The translations under genes were made by a program, and so were the position numbers. Under the pieces are notes generated by a model. That model did not search any database. It was not told the origin of the DNA and saw nothing but the letters and a program-made list of their open reading frames with translations. Shown here one piece after another: positions 1-12,079 of a stretch of DNA of 64,000 nucleotides. The number at the start of each line of letters is the position of its first letter. Within the stretch, counting starts at the first letter, position 1. This DNA comes from Pristiophorus japonicus (Eukaryota), in assembly GCF_044704955.1 (NCBI RefSeq), contig NC_091983.1, positions 18,042,001 to 18,106,000 on the forward strand, in the 5' to 3' direction.

Positions 1-65
1 GATTTTGGAGTGTGCCCCCCCACTTTAATCTGGGGGCACTTGATTTAAAGTTCTACTCAAAATAG
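1..65 (+). mobile_element. 3' end of a Tx1-like non-LTR retrotransposon (cut by window start)
   Basis: GTGCCCCC..GGGGGCAC hairpin, then CACTTGATTTAAAGTT and a terminal AAAATAG. This parallels the 3' UTR of the Tx1-like copy at 3640-3992. Confidence 0.55.
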
Positions 66-66
66 T

Positions 67-300
67 TGTAGAGCTATTGAGTTGTGAGTGCTTAGCCAGT
101 CACGTGATGTTCACAAGACTCAATAAAACCCCAGCCAGTGGTTGGGTTCGAGGGATCCACGATGAGGCAGGTGGTTGTGAGCCTGGAGGATGAACTGGTA
201 GTGTTATTGTTAAACCTTTGTTAATAAACCAACTAGTTCTTAATAGCAATGTGTTGCTATGAATTCTTAAGCAAAGAACCCATGAAGAAAATACATTATA
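67..300 (+). mobile_element. Probable solo LTR (Gypsy-like)
   Basis: About 234 bp, starts TGTAG and ends ACATTATA (CA>TA change), with two AATAAA signals. No target-site duplication (TSD) is visible. Confidence 0.4.
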
Positions 301-1239
301 GCCGGCACCAGGTTTTCTCTTTGGGAATGGGAGGAAAGGGTTCCTGGTCACATGTTCAGTTCTAGACCCTCTCGGTTGTCCCCACTTCTGCCATTCGGGG
401 GCAGGCAGTATGTATGGTCTTAAATGCGTAATTGGGGTAAAGATCACCCATAGCTTGGCAGGCCAGGAACCAGGGAAATTCCATGGATTGGGATTCCCAC
501 CCCTTGACCCAACCCCTTCCTATGCTACTGGCCTTGTTTGATGGAGGCGCCAACACTTACAAGGCCCGCAGAAAACTGTCACGTACGGTTATGCCTTGAT
601 TTTTGACCTTTCCACTGCACTCGAGTGTGCTGGAAGAGCCGAGGAATGTCTGCCCCCTGGATATTCTACATCTTCAATTGATTATTTTTATAAATTCAAC
701 TATATGTAGAAGTTTAAGAACTTTGATAGTATCCTTAAAGAATTATATAATGTAACTTATGCACTCAGCACTCTATCACCCAAACCCTTTAATCCTGTGG
801 TTGTTCTATTATAGCCTAAGAATTTCTGTTGGCGACAATGGTGGCCTATTGTTAATGGATTCGTATGACATTCCTTGCCTGCTATTTTAGGGGAGATGTT
901 AACACATTGAAAATAAAGGAGGGTAAATGCCTGCATTAAATTAGTGGATAAAGGAAAGCAGTACAAATAAATTGCATCTGAAGGTTTGAGTGTTAATACT
1001 GGCAAAAGTTATTTAAAGATTTATAAGGTTTACTTGGCGGGGCAGATTCTTTTCTCCTGAGGGCTACACAGAATAAGTTGCAACTTGTATTGCGTTGAAA
1101 ATTAATGGAGACATGATAAACAACAATAAAATCACATTCTCCAGATAACTAAGTTGGATGATCCACCTCAATAGGAGCACGTTGCATGTACGTAGCTAGA
1201 GTACTTTTCTCTGCATCGTCTTGATGCAAACCTACTAAC

Positions 1240-1886
1240 CTCTAAAGAACTCATGGATACTGTTGAGCCTGTTTCACTCCTTGATAGTGCAGTGTTATTT
1301 TCATCAAGTTCTGAAACAATGAAGTTCTTTACAGCCGACCGAGGCTCAAATGGTATGTTCTGTTTATGTTCTTGTGTGGTGAGATGTTGATCTAAATTGA
1401 AACTGATGTGATCCATCACAGGCGCACTTGTATTAAATTCAGGATTAACCTTAAAATGCATTAACCTATCGTGTGGCATGCCTTCCATGCTTATATTTAA
1501 TTTGCTTTCATCTTTAATGATAGGTTGGACACTTGCTGAGCCTCTTGGCATTACAATGTAGTCACTCTCCATCATCCGCTCTTGCGCTTGGGACAACTCC
1601 GCATCGCCTGCTCTTAGGTTGTCATCAGTGCATAAGTACACTGTCCGTCGCAATTCACTGTTGTCCTTCTTTATACATTGCTCAGTCAACTCGTTCAATC
1701 CAATCGGTACATGCATAGTCGGCGGCTGTTGTATCAAAACTTTGGAAATGATATTTCCAGGGAGGGTTGAAAAATTCATGCCTTCAGGGCTGATTCCTTT
1801 CTCCTCCTCGTCGTCATTCAGAGAGATCCTGGACAATGTTCCTGTAATGGTAGCAGCTCGACAACTCCCAATATCCTTGTGGAGGA
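1240..1886 (-). CDS. ADGRB3: ADGRB3/BAI3 large intracellular-tail exon (647 bp, internal)
   Basis: Encodes (V)[30 protein letters not shown]...[16 protein letters not shown]...[14 protein letters not shown]...[16 protein letters not shown], recognisable as the BAI3 C-tail. Acceptor ccacag|TC at 1887/1886 and donor GAG|gttagt at 1240/1239. Confidence 0.95.
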
Positions 1887-2601
1887 CTGTGGGTCGAAGA
1901 ATCATCAGTTAGAATGACAAATTCAACAACTGCTCAATTATTGTTAATGTACCTCGTCCTTTTTTTTAAATAAAAACATTGTCAAATTGTAGTTCATTCT
2001 ATTTCACCAAGCCATTTGATATTTTAATAGTTGTTCCATCACTGAAAATTACGCCTTCTCCCAAAAGACATTAAGATCATTAATACTTTATTTTAATCTA
2101 CTAATAAGAAGATTACTGCATATTTTAAATTATTTGTTTTTGCAGTTGCAACATAGGAATTGCAAGACGCAAAAAGACCAAGGTCCATTTAGTCCGCCTT
2201 CTACCATGCTGGTAGTCACATCATACAACGATAATGGAGTCCTTCAAATAATGCTTTAACTGTTAATATTTGAGATGAATTAAGATGAACAGTATATGTT
2301 TAAGGTAAACCTCTCAATATATTAACAGAAGGTAGTTACAGAAAGCAAATAAGAACGAGGAGGTTGACAAAACAAAAAACTGTTGAGGAGTGCTGGATTA
2401 CACATCCCCTGAACCTACAAGGCAAGTGGTATTTGCAGTCTGATATCACTACGGTTTAATTCTCAACAACCCACTTTTACAAGTTTTATTTTATATTTAA
2501 TTCCAGTTGAAATTGAAGAATGCAGGTATTATGGATTGGTACAGGCCTACTGACTGGCAGTGTGCTCCAGCACAGTTTAGGTTCTGGTTTAATGAAGGCT
2601 A

Positions 2602-2726
2602 AACATAGAAACATAGAAAATAGGTGCAGGAGTAGGCCATTCGGCCCTTCTAGCCTGCACCGCCATTCAATGAGTTCATGGCTGAACATTCAACTTCAGT
2701 ACCCCATTCCTGCTTTCTCGCCATAC
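2602..2726 (-). mobile_element. CR1 LINE 3' terminal fragment
   Basis: (CATAGAAA)n tail and the CR1 3' UTR stem-loop in reverse orientation, homologous to the 3' ends of the long CR1 copies. Confidence 0.85.
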
Positions 2727-3308
2727 TCTAGCGATTTCGAAAACACATTTATCCTGTTTAATCAGATATGGCCATGTATATTCTGTATGGTGATATACAA
2801 ATATAGCAGAGATAACTCTCCCAAATGTTTATACTTCTCACCTCACCTCTCCAGTAGTAAAGAGAAACATTAAAGCTGATACTCCAGACCCAGAACACCA
2901 GAGTGTTGGAAATTAGGCTCCAGTCCTTCAAGATTGCCCTGGAGTCTCTCGTATTCGAAGATCAATCTCATGGACACTGCTGCGTTAACCCAGCAGAAAA
3001 AGCATAAGGGCAATTTAAAACAAAATGGTGTGTTTTTTTCCCCCCATTTTTTTTGAATACTTTTGTTTATTAGTTATAGCAATATTGTAAATGGGAGAAA
3101 AGGGCTGTTTGACTGAACAGGCCCGTTGGAGGTGGGAGGTCATGTGATAAAGCCTTCAGGAACATGGCCAACCAGAGACTGGAGAGGTGAGGTGAGAAGT
3201 ATAAACATTTGGGAGAGTTATCTCTGCTATATTTGTATATCACCATACAGAATATACATGGCCATATCTGATTAAACAGGATAAATGTGTTTTCGAAATC
3301 GCTAGAGT
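2725..3308. repeat. Perfect 131-bp inverted repeat (arms 2725-2855 and 3178-3308)
   Basis: The arms read as exact reverse complements. The same peptide SSDFENTFILFNQIWPC...SPHLSS appears in a + and a - ORF of the track. Confidence 0.95.
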
Positions 3309-3639
3309 TAGGATGAAGGCTGTCTATTCTCATTCAACTTCAAAATGAAATCGAGAGGTGAGCTATCTGCAAGGCAGGTCCTATGATCTGTCATTCTAGG
3401 TGCTAATTGGCCCTTTGAAGGACAACGGGCATTTTATTTGTAAACCCTTCAGAGATTTCTGTTTTAAAGTGTGAGAGTTATTGAAAGATGTATCGCAACC
3501 TAAATGGTTAAACCATCAAGGGAAATTTGTTCAAAAACATCAACAGATAGGTGAGAACCAATTTCAATTCCTGAAAAGTATGAAAAGCAAATCGAGAATC
3601 AGCTGGCCAGGACTATGTAAACTTTGCAAACTGGTGCCT

Positions 3640-3992
3640 GACTGCCTGCCTCTCTTCCGAGCCTACATCCAGGCCAGGGTGTCCTTGGAGATGGAGCACG
3701 CGGTGTCCACCGGTACGCTCGCGGCCTTCCGCGAGAGGTGGGCGCCGGAGGGACTGGAGTGCATTGTCACCCCTGGCAACCAAATTTTAATTTGATTTTA
3801 TTTGTTTTAAAGTTTAATTTGTTTTAATTGCCGTGTTTTAGTGTCCCCCTCCCCTTTTATAGGGGGCACTTGTAAATTATATGATTTTAATGCCCCCAAA
3901 AAAAATCACAAAAGGAAAAAAAAACACAAAAAAAAGCCAGTTATAAGTGTCTGCCACTTGATCTAAAGTTTATTTGTACTCCCCAAAAAGAG
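3640..3992 (+). mobile_element. 5'-truncated Tx1-like LINE with a 16-bp TSD
   Basis: ORF2 C-terminus DCLPLFRAYIQARVSLEMEHAVSTGTLAAFRERWAPEGLECIV, then a 3' UTR hairpin and AAAAAGAG end. Flanked by TTGCAAACTRGTGCCT at 3624-3639 and 3993-4008. Confidence 0.75.
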
Positions 3993-4068
3993 TTGCAAAC
4001 TAGTGCCTAATAGATACCTTTTGAGTGTCAAACAAGTTACAGCTACTTAATCAGCTTCTAGCTCACAA

Positions 4069-4400
4069 CTCTTTTAAATATGCCGATTTGCTGATTTGAA
4101 TTCAACCAGGTGCCCCCTTTGTTAAAGGGGCACAATCATCAGAACCTGCCAACTAACCAATAACGTTCAAAGCAAACTTAACAAATCAAATCAAAATTTG
4201 GTTGCCAGGGGTGATGATGCACTCCAGTCCCTCTGGTGCCCACCTCTCACGGAAGGATGCAAGCGTACCGGTGGACACCGTGTGCTCCATCTCCAGGGAC
4301 AGCTGGGCGCGAACGTGGCCATGGAAGAGAGGCAGGCAGTCAGGCTGAATGACCCCTCGATCGTCCGCTGCCTGGACCTGCTGATGGCCACCTGGCCAGG
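4069..4400 (-). mobile_element. 5'-truncated Tx1-like LINE, inverted relative to the 3640-3992 copy
   Basis: Reverse complement matches the 3640-3790 coding segment (GCCTGACTGCCTGCCTCTCTTCC...CACGGTGTCCACCGGTACGC...GGGACTGGAGTGCAT) and ends AAAAGAG. Confidence 0.75.
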
Positions 4401-4739
4401 ACTATACTGCTCATACCTTGTCTACTTAAGTGTTAAAAATGGGTAACATCTCAATTGGGAGACCACTGAAAATAACATGTTTGATCATACAGTAAGCATG
4501 CTTTAGCATCAAAGCTACTGAAAAAGAACAAAGATCTCAGATTCTTTTCATGTTTTGGACCAATTTTTTGCTCTGTCTTTCTGCCGTGCAATGATCTTAT
4601 TTGTAAATAAATTTGAAAATTAGTTTTAGCCTGAACGTGACAATCTGACAATGTGGTATTTACTATCTACTGGAGTAAAAAGAGATTGTGGCTCATAACC
4701 CTCATAATCTCTGATGTGTAATAGTGTAACTGTTAGTCT

Positions 4740-5232
4740 CACGGCCAGCGTAAGGCCTTCTGTTACCAGCGTAAGGGTTTAAATAAATCTTAAAATAACA
4801 TTTTAAAAATCATTTAAACATTCAAAACCTTTAAAATTAGTTTGGATTATTTTTAGCCCCTTTTAAAAATATTAAAATTTAATTTCCAAAAATTATATTT
4901 TTGTTTTAAATGTTTAACTAATTAAATTGTTTTTTTTTTAATTAATTTTTAACATGTGGTGATTTATTTTTATTTAAGTGTGGTGAAAGTGAGTTTTTTA
5001 AGGATTCTTATTTTGCTTATCATCCTTTGTGATCGGTTGGGCCGGCCCACGTGATTCCAGGGACGGTTGTGAACCGCATGCGCCCCTGGGATACGTGGGC
5101 CTTTACTCAGGTGTATGTCTGTAAGCCCAGGACCGCAAGAGTCCGAAGATATGGAGGCACCAGGTAGGTGCATACTTTTTTTGCGGATCGGAGGTATTCG
5201 CCCGCGGGAAGCCTCCGACCGCAATTTCCAGC
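4740..5232. repeat. Partial interspersed repeat, AT-rich body with a CpG-rich end
   Basis: CpG-rich end closing with GCAATTTCCAGC, similar to the termini of the other CpG-rich elements. Unclassified. Confidence 0.3.
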
Positions 5233-5845
5233 TCACTGTTAGTGTGGAAAGGTGATGTTGTCTGAGATCCAGTGGATACAGATCTGCACTTCAGCAGGTG
5301 GGAGGTTCATGTGGGTGTGATTGAATAGAGTTCCAATGGAGAAATAGCTCAAAATATAAATATTAATAAAACTAACATAAACGCTCCTCAGCACACGTGT
5401 GCATGTGGTGTAAAAACTCAGCACTGTCCACACATAGATTGAACATGTTGGCAAAGTTAATAAATGCAATTTGTGGTTTGATCACTTGTGTAATTGGAAT
5501 GTTTTCAAAGAGTTACTGATTGATTAGTACATTTTAAGCTAATTATCCTATTATCATGGTGAGTTTACTTTAATTAATGCAGTAAATTTCAAGCCTCGCT
5601 AACCATATGTTTCCTCCTAAAATAAGCCAGTGACAACTGTTGAAGTGCATTAATATTAAGTTTAACACTTTGTGGTGAACACAATTTAAGCCAATTTTGT
5701 TTTTAACTCTATTAAAAAGACCCATGCAAATAATCTTAAAATGTTAGATATCATGGCTACCTGTCCCTTGGCAGTACTTTTCACAGGGTGGCATGTACCT
5801 TTATGTAACACCTCATATTGCGCTGAAATCCAGGATGCATTGGAG

Positions 5846-5957
5846 TTTTACCAGGATGTTACCAGGGATGAGGGATTTCAGTTATAAGGTGAGGTTGGAA
5901 AAATGAGGACTGTTCTCCTTGAAACAGAGAGAGTTAAGAGGTGAGCAAATTGAGGTT
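5846..5957 (+). mobile_element. Old CR1 ORF2 C-terminal fragment
   Basis: Translates as FTRMLPGMRDFSYKVRLEK*GLFSLKQRELRG, compared with FTRLIPGM..LTYEERL..LGLYSLE.RRMRG in the other copies. Confidence 0.65.
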
Positions 5958-6355
5958 CTGACAAAAGGTCTGCCTGGCCTGCTGAGTATTTCTGGCACTT
6001 TGTGTTTTTATTTCAGATTTTCAGCATCCGCATTATTTTGCCTTTGTATCATCGATGTCAGTGACTGGGGATTGATTTTATGCACATAATTTTTATTAGG
6101 TAACGATTCTCTGCTCGCTGTATTTCACGTGAGAAATAATCCTGCTTTTATCAGGAGACTTTGCTGTAATTCTGCTCATAACTTCTGTTTGCTGTAGTTC
6201 ATCGAGATTCTGTTTAAATAGACACTGTCGGTGGTTTGCTGTAAAATAGACAGCTGTAATTACTGCGCTGCCTCCAATTCTTTGGCTGACACAGAGGTGC
6301 ATGTAAAATTAAAGTAACACCAAATGACAGAATGGAACATTGCATTAGACTCTAA

Positions 6356-7057
6356 GGGGGAGAAATTGGCCTGGTTTGCGCCTCCCATTAGCGCCTGCGG
6401 GGGGGGGGGGGGGTGTGGTAATGGGGTGTGAAGGGATTACCGACTGGGTACGGCAAATTCAGCGATGCTAACTTCCCTGGCGGTTTTGCGTTGTCGCTAT
6501 CACTTACTGCCTCGCTCTCTTGTGCCCTGGGGATCGTGACATCATCCGCTGCACGGCGCCCCGTTACCGCCCCGGATGCAATATTCGGCGGACGTCAACA
6601 ACGGCAGCTGCAGGAGATGCTGACACCTCGGCTGGCCGCTTGGGGAGCGCTAGTTAAAGGCAGTGGTGGTCAGGCAGGGCAAAATCTATTTACCTCCCCA
6701 TTCTGGTGCCTCCTGATTTCCTTTGCCCCCGCGATTGCTCAGCCCTGCACTCTCTTTGAGCGCAGGTGCCGTGGCGCAACACAGACAGCATGAAGATTCA
6801 TTCAACCCAGCACTGGCCCTTCCCTTTGAGTGAGGGAGGGAGTCTGTACAGACTGCACTGAACATTGCTTGGCACTCTGCCGATATGCACCTCATTCCCT
6901 TTAGCGCTCTAAGGGAAGTGGTCGCGCTTGATTTAGCGCTCCACTTGGAGCTATAAAGCGGAAGTTCCCGTCGGCTGCAAATCATTTTTGCCCAACGATA
7001 CTCTTGCTCTCCCTGAAAAGTTATCAGCCAAATGGGGCGCTGCGCATTTTCTAGCCC
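6356..7057. mobile_element. CpG-rich non-autonomous element with imperfect terminal inverted repeats (possibly Harbinger-derived)
   Basis: Termini GGGGGAGAAATTGG and CATTTTCTAGCCC. Shares an internal core and end sequence with 20161-21098, 35409-35738 and 57281-57868. Confidence 0.5.
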
Positions 7058-7587
7058 GAAGGGGTAAAACTCCACCTGCTGATAATTGTCGACAAAAGTT
7101 AGCATTAGCACAAATAAGAGTTTTTACTGAAATTTTTGTCCAGAAAGAATTTTACCGCTAAAGCTCTGAGCATCTGTTGAACATTTAACCTGTAGACTTA
7201 TTATAATTTATCTTATTTAGGATGCTATTGTAAGATTGATTATCTGGTATAGTCTACATTCTTTAAATTCTGCACATCCTTCTCACACTATAGTACAGTT
7301 AAGCGTGAAAGGTTCTGGGGAAATTATATGCTGATTAAATGCACAGAAAAATGTTGCCATGATTTGCAACGAGGTGCTGCATATCTTCTCTTACTCCCAC
7401 ATTGTACAAGCCCCATGACTTGGCTATTGTGCCAGCTTGTTTTCACCAACAGCTAATCTAAAACTTGCTAACCATGAAAACCAACCCTCAATACCATGCC
7501 TCGGAAGAGCCTGTGAGGATGGATGGGTGGTATTAGTGTGTGAAAGAAACAATTTTAACTTCAGAATGAAAAATCTACCAGGCAGGT

Positions 7588-7965
7588 AAGAAAGACTTGC
7601 ATTTATATAGCGCCTTTCACGACCAACGGACATCTCAAAGCACTTTAAAGCCAATGAAGTACATTTAAAATGCAGTCACTGTTGTAATGTGGGAATTGCG
7701 GCAGCCAATATGTGCACAGCAAGCTCCCACAAACAGCAATGTGACAATGACCAGATAATCTGTTTTGTTATATTGATTAGGGAATAAATATTGGCCAGGG
7801 CACCAGGGATAACTCCCCTGCTCTTCTTCGCAATAGCGCCATGGGATCTTTTACGTCCACCTGAGAGAGCAGACGGGGCTTGGGTTTAACGTCTCATCCG
7901 AAAGATGGGACCTCTGACAGCACAGCATTCCCTCAGCAATGCACTGGAGTGTCAGTCTAGATTTT
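7588..7965 (-). mobile_element. Deu-domain SINE (SacSINE1/AmnSINE1-like), 5'-truncated
   Basis: Reverse complement is homologous to the full copy at 61990-62440. Confidence 0.8.
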
Positions 7966-8119
7966 TGTTTGCTGTGCAAGAGACTTCACTCATGCAGTCA
8001 TAGTAGTTCCAACAGCGGATACATTAACTTGGGGACAGCTAAAGAAAGAATTAAGTTAGGAGCCAGTGAGGGTAAAATTTCATATAGCGTGCAGGAAACA
8101 GAAAAGAGAAAAACGGAAT

Positions 8120-8440
8120 ATTTGCGCCTTTCACGACCTCAAGATGCTTTACAGCCAATGAAGTACTTTTGAGGCGTAGTCACTGTGGGAAATGCAGCTG
8201 CCAATTTGCGCATAGCAAGGGGCCACAAATCGCAATGAGACAATGACCAGCTAATCTGTTTTAGGTGTTGGTTGAGAGCTAAATGTTGGCCAGAACTCCC
8301 TTGCCTTTCTTAGAAACAGTGTCATGGGATCTTTTACATCTGCCCGAAAGGGGCCTCCATTTAAAATCTCATCTGAAAGCCAGCACCTCCGACAGTGCAG
8401 CACTCCCTCAGTGCAGCACTGACGTAACAGCCTGGATTTT
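8120..8440 (-). mobile_element. Deu-domain SINE, diverged
   Basis: Homologous to 7588-7965 (CAGCCAATGAAGTACTTTTG...TCCGACAGTGCAGCACTCCCTCAG). Confidence 0.75.
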
Positions 8441-8956
8441 GTGTGATAGCCTCATTATACTATTGAAGTCAAAGGAACACCAATACAATTTTCAAATATC
8501 AATGAGCAGAGCGCCAGCTGCATGTGCTCTGTCCAGTATAGCGGGGCCTAACTAGCAGTCCTTAATGGGGGCGTAAAAGGGGCAGGTAGGTTTTTTTGAG
8601 TGGGGCCAGGAGGAGCTGCAAAATCGACCCGCCCAATGTGCGACTCTCACTCAGCATCACCTCCCTCCCACCCTGACGTAACTCAAAGGGCTCAGCTCGA
8701 TAGACGAGCCACCGGGTTTCCTGCCGCCTACCTTCCTGATCAGCTCGCCATGAATATGGTGACGTGGCCCAATCATTCATCCGCCTTTTGTTCAATGAGT
8801 GGGGTCACCTCAAAACTGTTCCCCTTGTGCACAGGGAAATGGGAGTCCCTCCAGTCTCCAGGCTGGCCCAACCCCTGACCTTGAATAGACACACTAGCCA
8901 ACAGGTCTACTGTCAGCTCCAGAAAATGTCCCCAACTACCTCCGACTGGAACTTTC

Positions 8957-9350
8957 AACAACAGCAACTTGTATTTATATAGCGCCTTTAACTTTAGGAG
9001 CTTCGCAGGAGTAATATGCAATAAAAATGTGACACTGAGCCGCACAGGTAGAAATTACGGCAGGCTTGGTCAAAGAGGTAGATTTTAAGGAGCATTGTGA
9101 AGGAGGAAAGAAATGTAGAAAGGGGGAGAGGTTTAAGCAGGGAGTTCCAGAACTTGGGGCCTAGTCAGCAGAAGGCACGGCCACCAATGGTTGAGTGATT
9201 ATAATCAGGGATGCTCAGGAGGGCAGAATTAGAGGAGCACAGACATCTTGGGGGGGGGGTTGTAGGGCTGGAGGAGATTACAGAGATAGGGAGGGGTGAG
9301 GCCATGGAGGGATTTGAAAATAAGGATGAGGATTTTGAAATCGAGTTGAA
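8957..9350 (-). mobile_element. L2 LINE 3' end
   Basis: Minus-strand remnant of ...SSNSALLSIPDYNHSTIGGRAF plus an AAAGGCGCTATATAAAT tail. Confidence 0.75.
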
Positions 9351-9752
9351 ATTCACTTGCAAAGGTGGATTGTGAGATACATTGCTCTGTCTACCCTGGT
9401 TTGATATGGGGCTGAGGAAGTTATGACGTGACCCAGACCCAGACACAAAAGCACTTGTAGTATCACTTCTTGATGATGGGTGCAGACTGCTTCCACCCCC
9501 TCATTTGTTGATGAATCAGACTCAGTAACAGTGCTGTCTGGGCACACACAAAGTTTAGTTCTGGAAGTATTTCAGAGCCAACCTGACTGCCCTTAGTTCC
9601 AGATGACTGATGTACCAGCCTAATCTCCTTGCATGTTCTTTCTCTCAAAGATGCATTTGCTACCACTCCCAACGGTGGTAAAGGTTGTTGCAGATGATAC
9701 TCCTTTATCATGCATGCTCCAGAATCCTTACTGGTTAGAAAAGCAATGTTCC

Positions 9753-10032
9753 ACATAAGAACATAAGACATAGGAGCAGGAGTAGGCCATTTGGCCCCTC
9801 GAGCCTGCTCCGCCATTCAATAAGATCATGCCTGATCTGATCATGGACTCAGCTCCACTTCCCCGCCCGCTCCCCATAACCCTTTACTCTCTTATTGTTC
9901 AAAAATCTGTCTATCCCCACCTTAAATATATTCAGTGACCCAGCTTCCACTGCTCTCTGGGACAGAGAATTCCACAGATTTACAAACCTCAGAGAAGAAA
10001 TTCCTCCTCATCTCGGCTCTAAATGGATGACC
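9753..10032 (-). mobile_element. CR1 LINE 3' end, (CATAAGAA)n-tail family
   Basis: Homologous to 57991-58260 and 62900-63190. Confidence 0.8.
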
Positions 10033-10344
10033 CCTTATTCTGAAACTATACCCACCGTGTGGGTGAACCACTGGTCAAGTAGCTTCAACTGATGTGGTCA
10101 CGAGAACACCCTGCCTGGTGAGGACAGGTGGCAGTCCAGTACTTTGTACTCTTTATCTGTGAGAACTGACTCTGAGAACTATTGGGTAGTGTTCCCAAAC
10201 GTTGATATGAAAACAAGTAATGTTTAGGTCTATTCCAGCTAACTAGTCACCTGGGCGTGCTGCCAGAATAGTCTTGGAAATGGGACCATCTTAAATTTCC
10301 CATGTTTCAAGAATTGGACTGAGGGCACGAAGACCTTGTCTTTT

Positions 10345-10680
10345 CTCTGGAGGTGCTACCTTTCGGATGAGACGTTAAACCGAGGCCCCATCTGCTCTCA
10401 AGTGGACGTAAAAGATCCCATGACACTATTTCGAAGAAGTGCAGGGCAGTTATCCCCGGTGTCCTGGGGCCAATATTTATCCCTCAATCAACATAACAAA
10501 AAACTGATTATCTGGTTATCATATTGCTGTTTGTGGGACCTTGCTGTGCGCAAATGGCTGCCGCGTTTGCTACATTACAACTGTGACTACACATCAAAAA
10601 AAAAAGTACTTTGTTGGCTGTAAAGCACTTTGAAACTTCCGATGGCTGTGAAAGGCGCTATATAAATCCAAGTCTTTTTT
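10345..10680 (+). mobile_element. Deu-domain SINE, 5'-truncated
   Basis: TTTCGGATGAGACGTTAAACCGAGGCCCC...GTGAAAGGCGCTATATAAAT matches 62140-62430. Confidence 0.8.
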
Positions 10681-10796
10681 TTTCTTTTTTCTCTGTGGAA
10701 ACTTCTTTGGGAACTACAAAATACCTGCAGCAGAAACCAGTGGTCTCCTGATCACGCTGAACTCCTTCTATCACCCCTCATGTCACTGCTTTGTTC

Positions 10797-11348
10797 ACAA
10801 CAACGTGCGTTTATATTGCACCTTTAACCGACTAAAACATCCCAAGGTGCTTCGCAGAAGCGTTATCAAACAACATCTCACATCGAGCCACTTAGGTGAT
10901 ATTAGGGCAGGTGGGAGATAGGCTTCCTGTAGGAGAGAGAGGTAGAGAGATGGAGAAGTTTCGGGAGGGGATTCCTGAACTTGGAGCTTCGGCGGCTGAA
11001 AGCAGGGCCGCCACAGGTACAATGATGAAAATCGGGGTTGCACAAGAGGCCAGACTTGGAGGAGCGCAGAGATCTGGAAGGGTTGTAAGTCTGGAGGAGG
11101 TTAGAGAGGTAGGGAATGCCGAGACCATGGGGGGATTTGAAAACAAGGACGCCAATTTTAAAATTGAGGCATGATTGGCGACTCAATGTAGATCAGCAAA
11201 GCACAGGAGTGATGGGTGAACAAGACTTGATTCGAATTAGGACACGGGCAGCAGAGTTTTGGATGGGTTCAAGTTTACAGAGGGTGCAAGGTGAGAGGCA
11301 AGCCAGGAGGGCATTGGATTAGTCGTGTCTATAGGTAACAAAGGTAAC
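10797..11348 (-). mobile_element. L2 LINE 3' portion
   Basis: ORF remnant FKIGVLVFKSPHGLGIPYLSNLLQTYNPSRSLRSSKSGLL...GGPAFS. Confidence 0.8.
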
Positions 11349-11634
11349 AAACTGCGACCGACAACACTGTTACCTTGACACTGTCGCTCTACAGAATCTC
11401 AAAAGCGTGCACTTGAAGTGATGTGTGTGAACACTTCCTGATAGGCCCTGGGACCTGATAGGCCCTGGGACCCATGTGTCTCAAGTGATGCTTCCCAACA
11501 TGGCTCGGGAGTCCGTCGGGTTGCCTCCAACCAAGTTTTCGATGGGAGGGGAATATCGACTGAGCCACTGATGTCATTCTTGCTGTGATCCGGCTCCAAA
11601 ATAATCGGCAAAAAAGGCCAGTGGCGACATGAAG

Positions 11635-11840
11635 AGAAATCTTTCGAGTAGCGAGTTGTTGTGATCTGGAAAGCACCACCTGAAAGGCTGGTGGAAGCAG
11701 ATTCAATAATAACTTTTAAAAGGGAATTGGATAAATACTTGAAAAGGAAAGATTTGCAGGGCTCTGGGGAAAGAGCAGGGGAGTGAGACTAATTGGCACA
11801 GGCACGGGCACGATGGGCTCCTTTTCAGTCGTATCATTTT
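11635..11840 (+). mobile_element. CR1-family 3' end (older subfamily)
   Basis: GGTGGAAGCAGATTCAATAATAACTTTTAAAAGGGAATTGGATAAATACTTGAA, shared with 17120-17190 and the reverse complement of 51000-51065. Confidence 0.65.
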
Positions 11841-12079
11841 ATGGAAGCCTCTGGACATGGTTTGAAAGTGGAGAACTGGTATGGGCTATAACACCTGAGA
11901 ACCAAGGACAACGGCACCGATATTTCCAGGGGAGCGGGGTCAGTTTTGCGGTCGGGAAGTCTGGAAGAAGGGGTTTCCCTCAGGCACTGATGAATTTTGT
12001 CTCCGTTCCCTGGCCGCAGCCAGCCAGATTGAGAGGCTGGGTGTCGGGCGGGTAGGTCTTCGGCACCAGGCCACAGCCG

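Noticed and set aside
1-1239. Downstream ADGRB3 exon (RRKSRYSDLDFE)
   Set aside because: It is not recognisable in this interval and is presumably left of the window.
1168-1905. 245-aa ORF as a stand-alone gene
   Set aside because: It is an internal ADGRB3 exon (1240-1886). The extra residues at both ends are intron read-through.
5958-6047. Possible Penelope-like terminal fragment
   Set aside because: Too short, and the resemblance rests only on memory, so the family cannot be supported.
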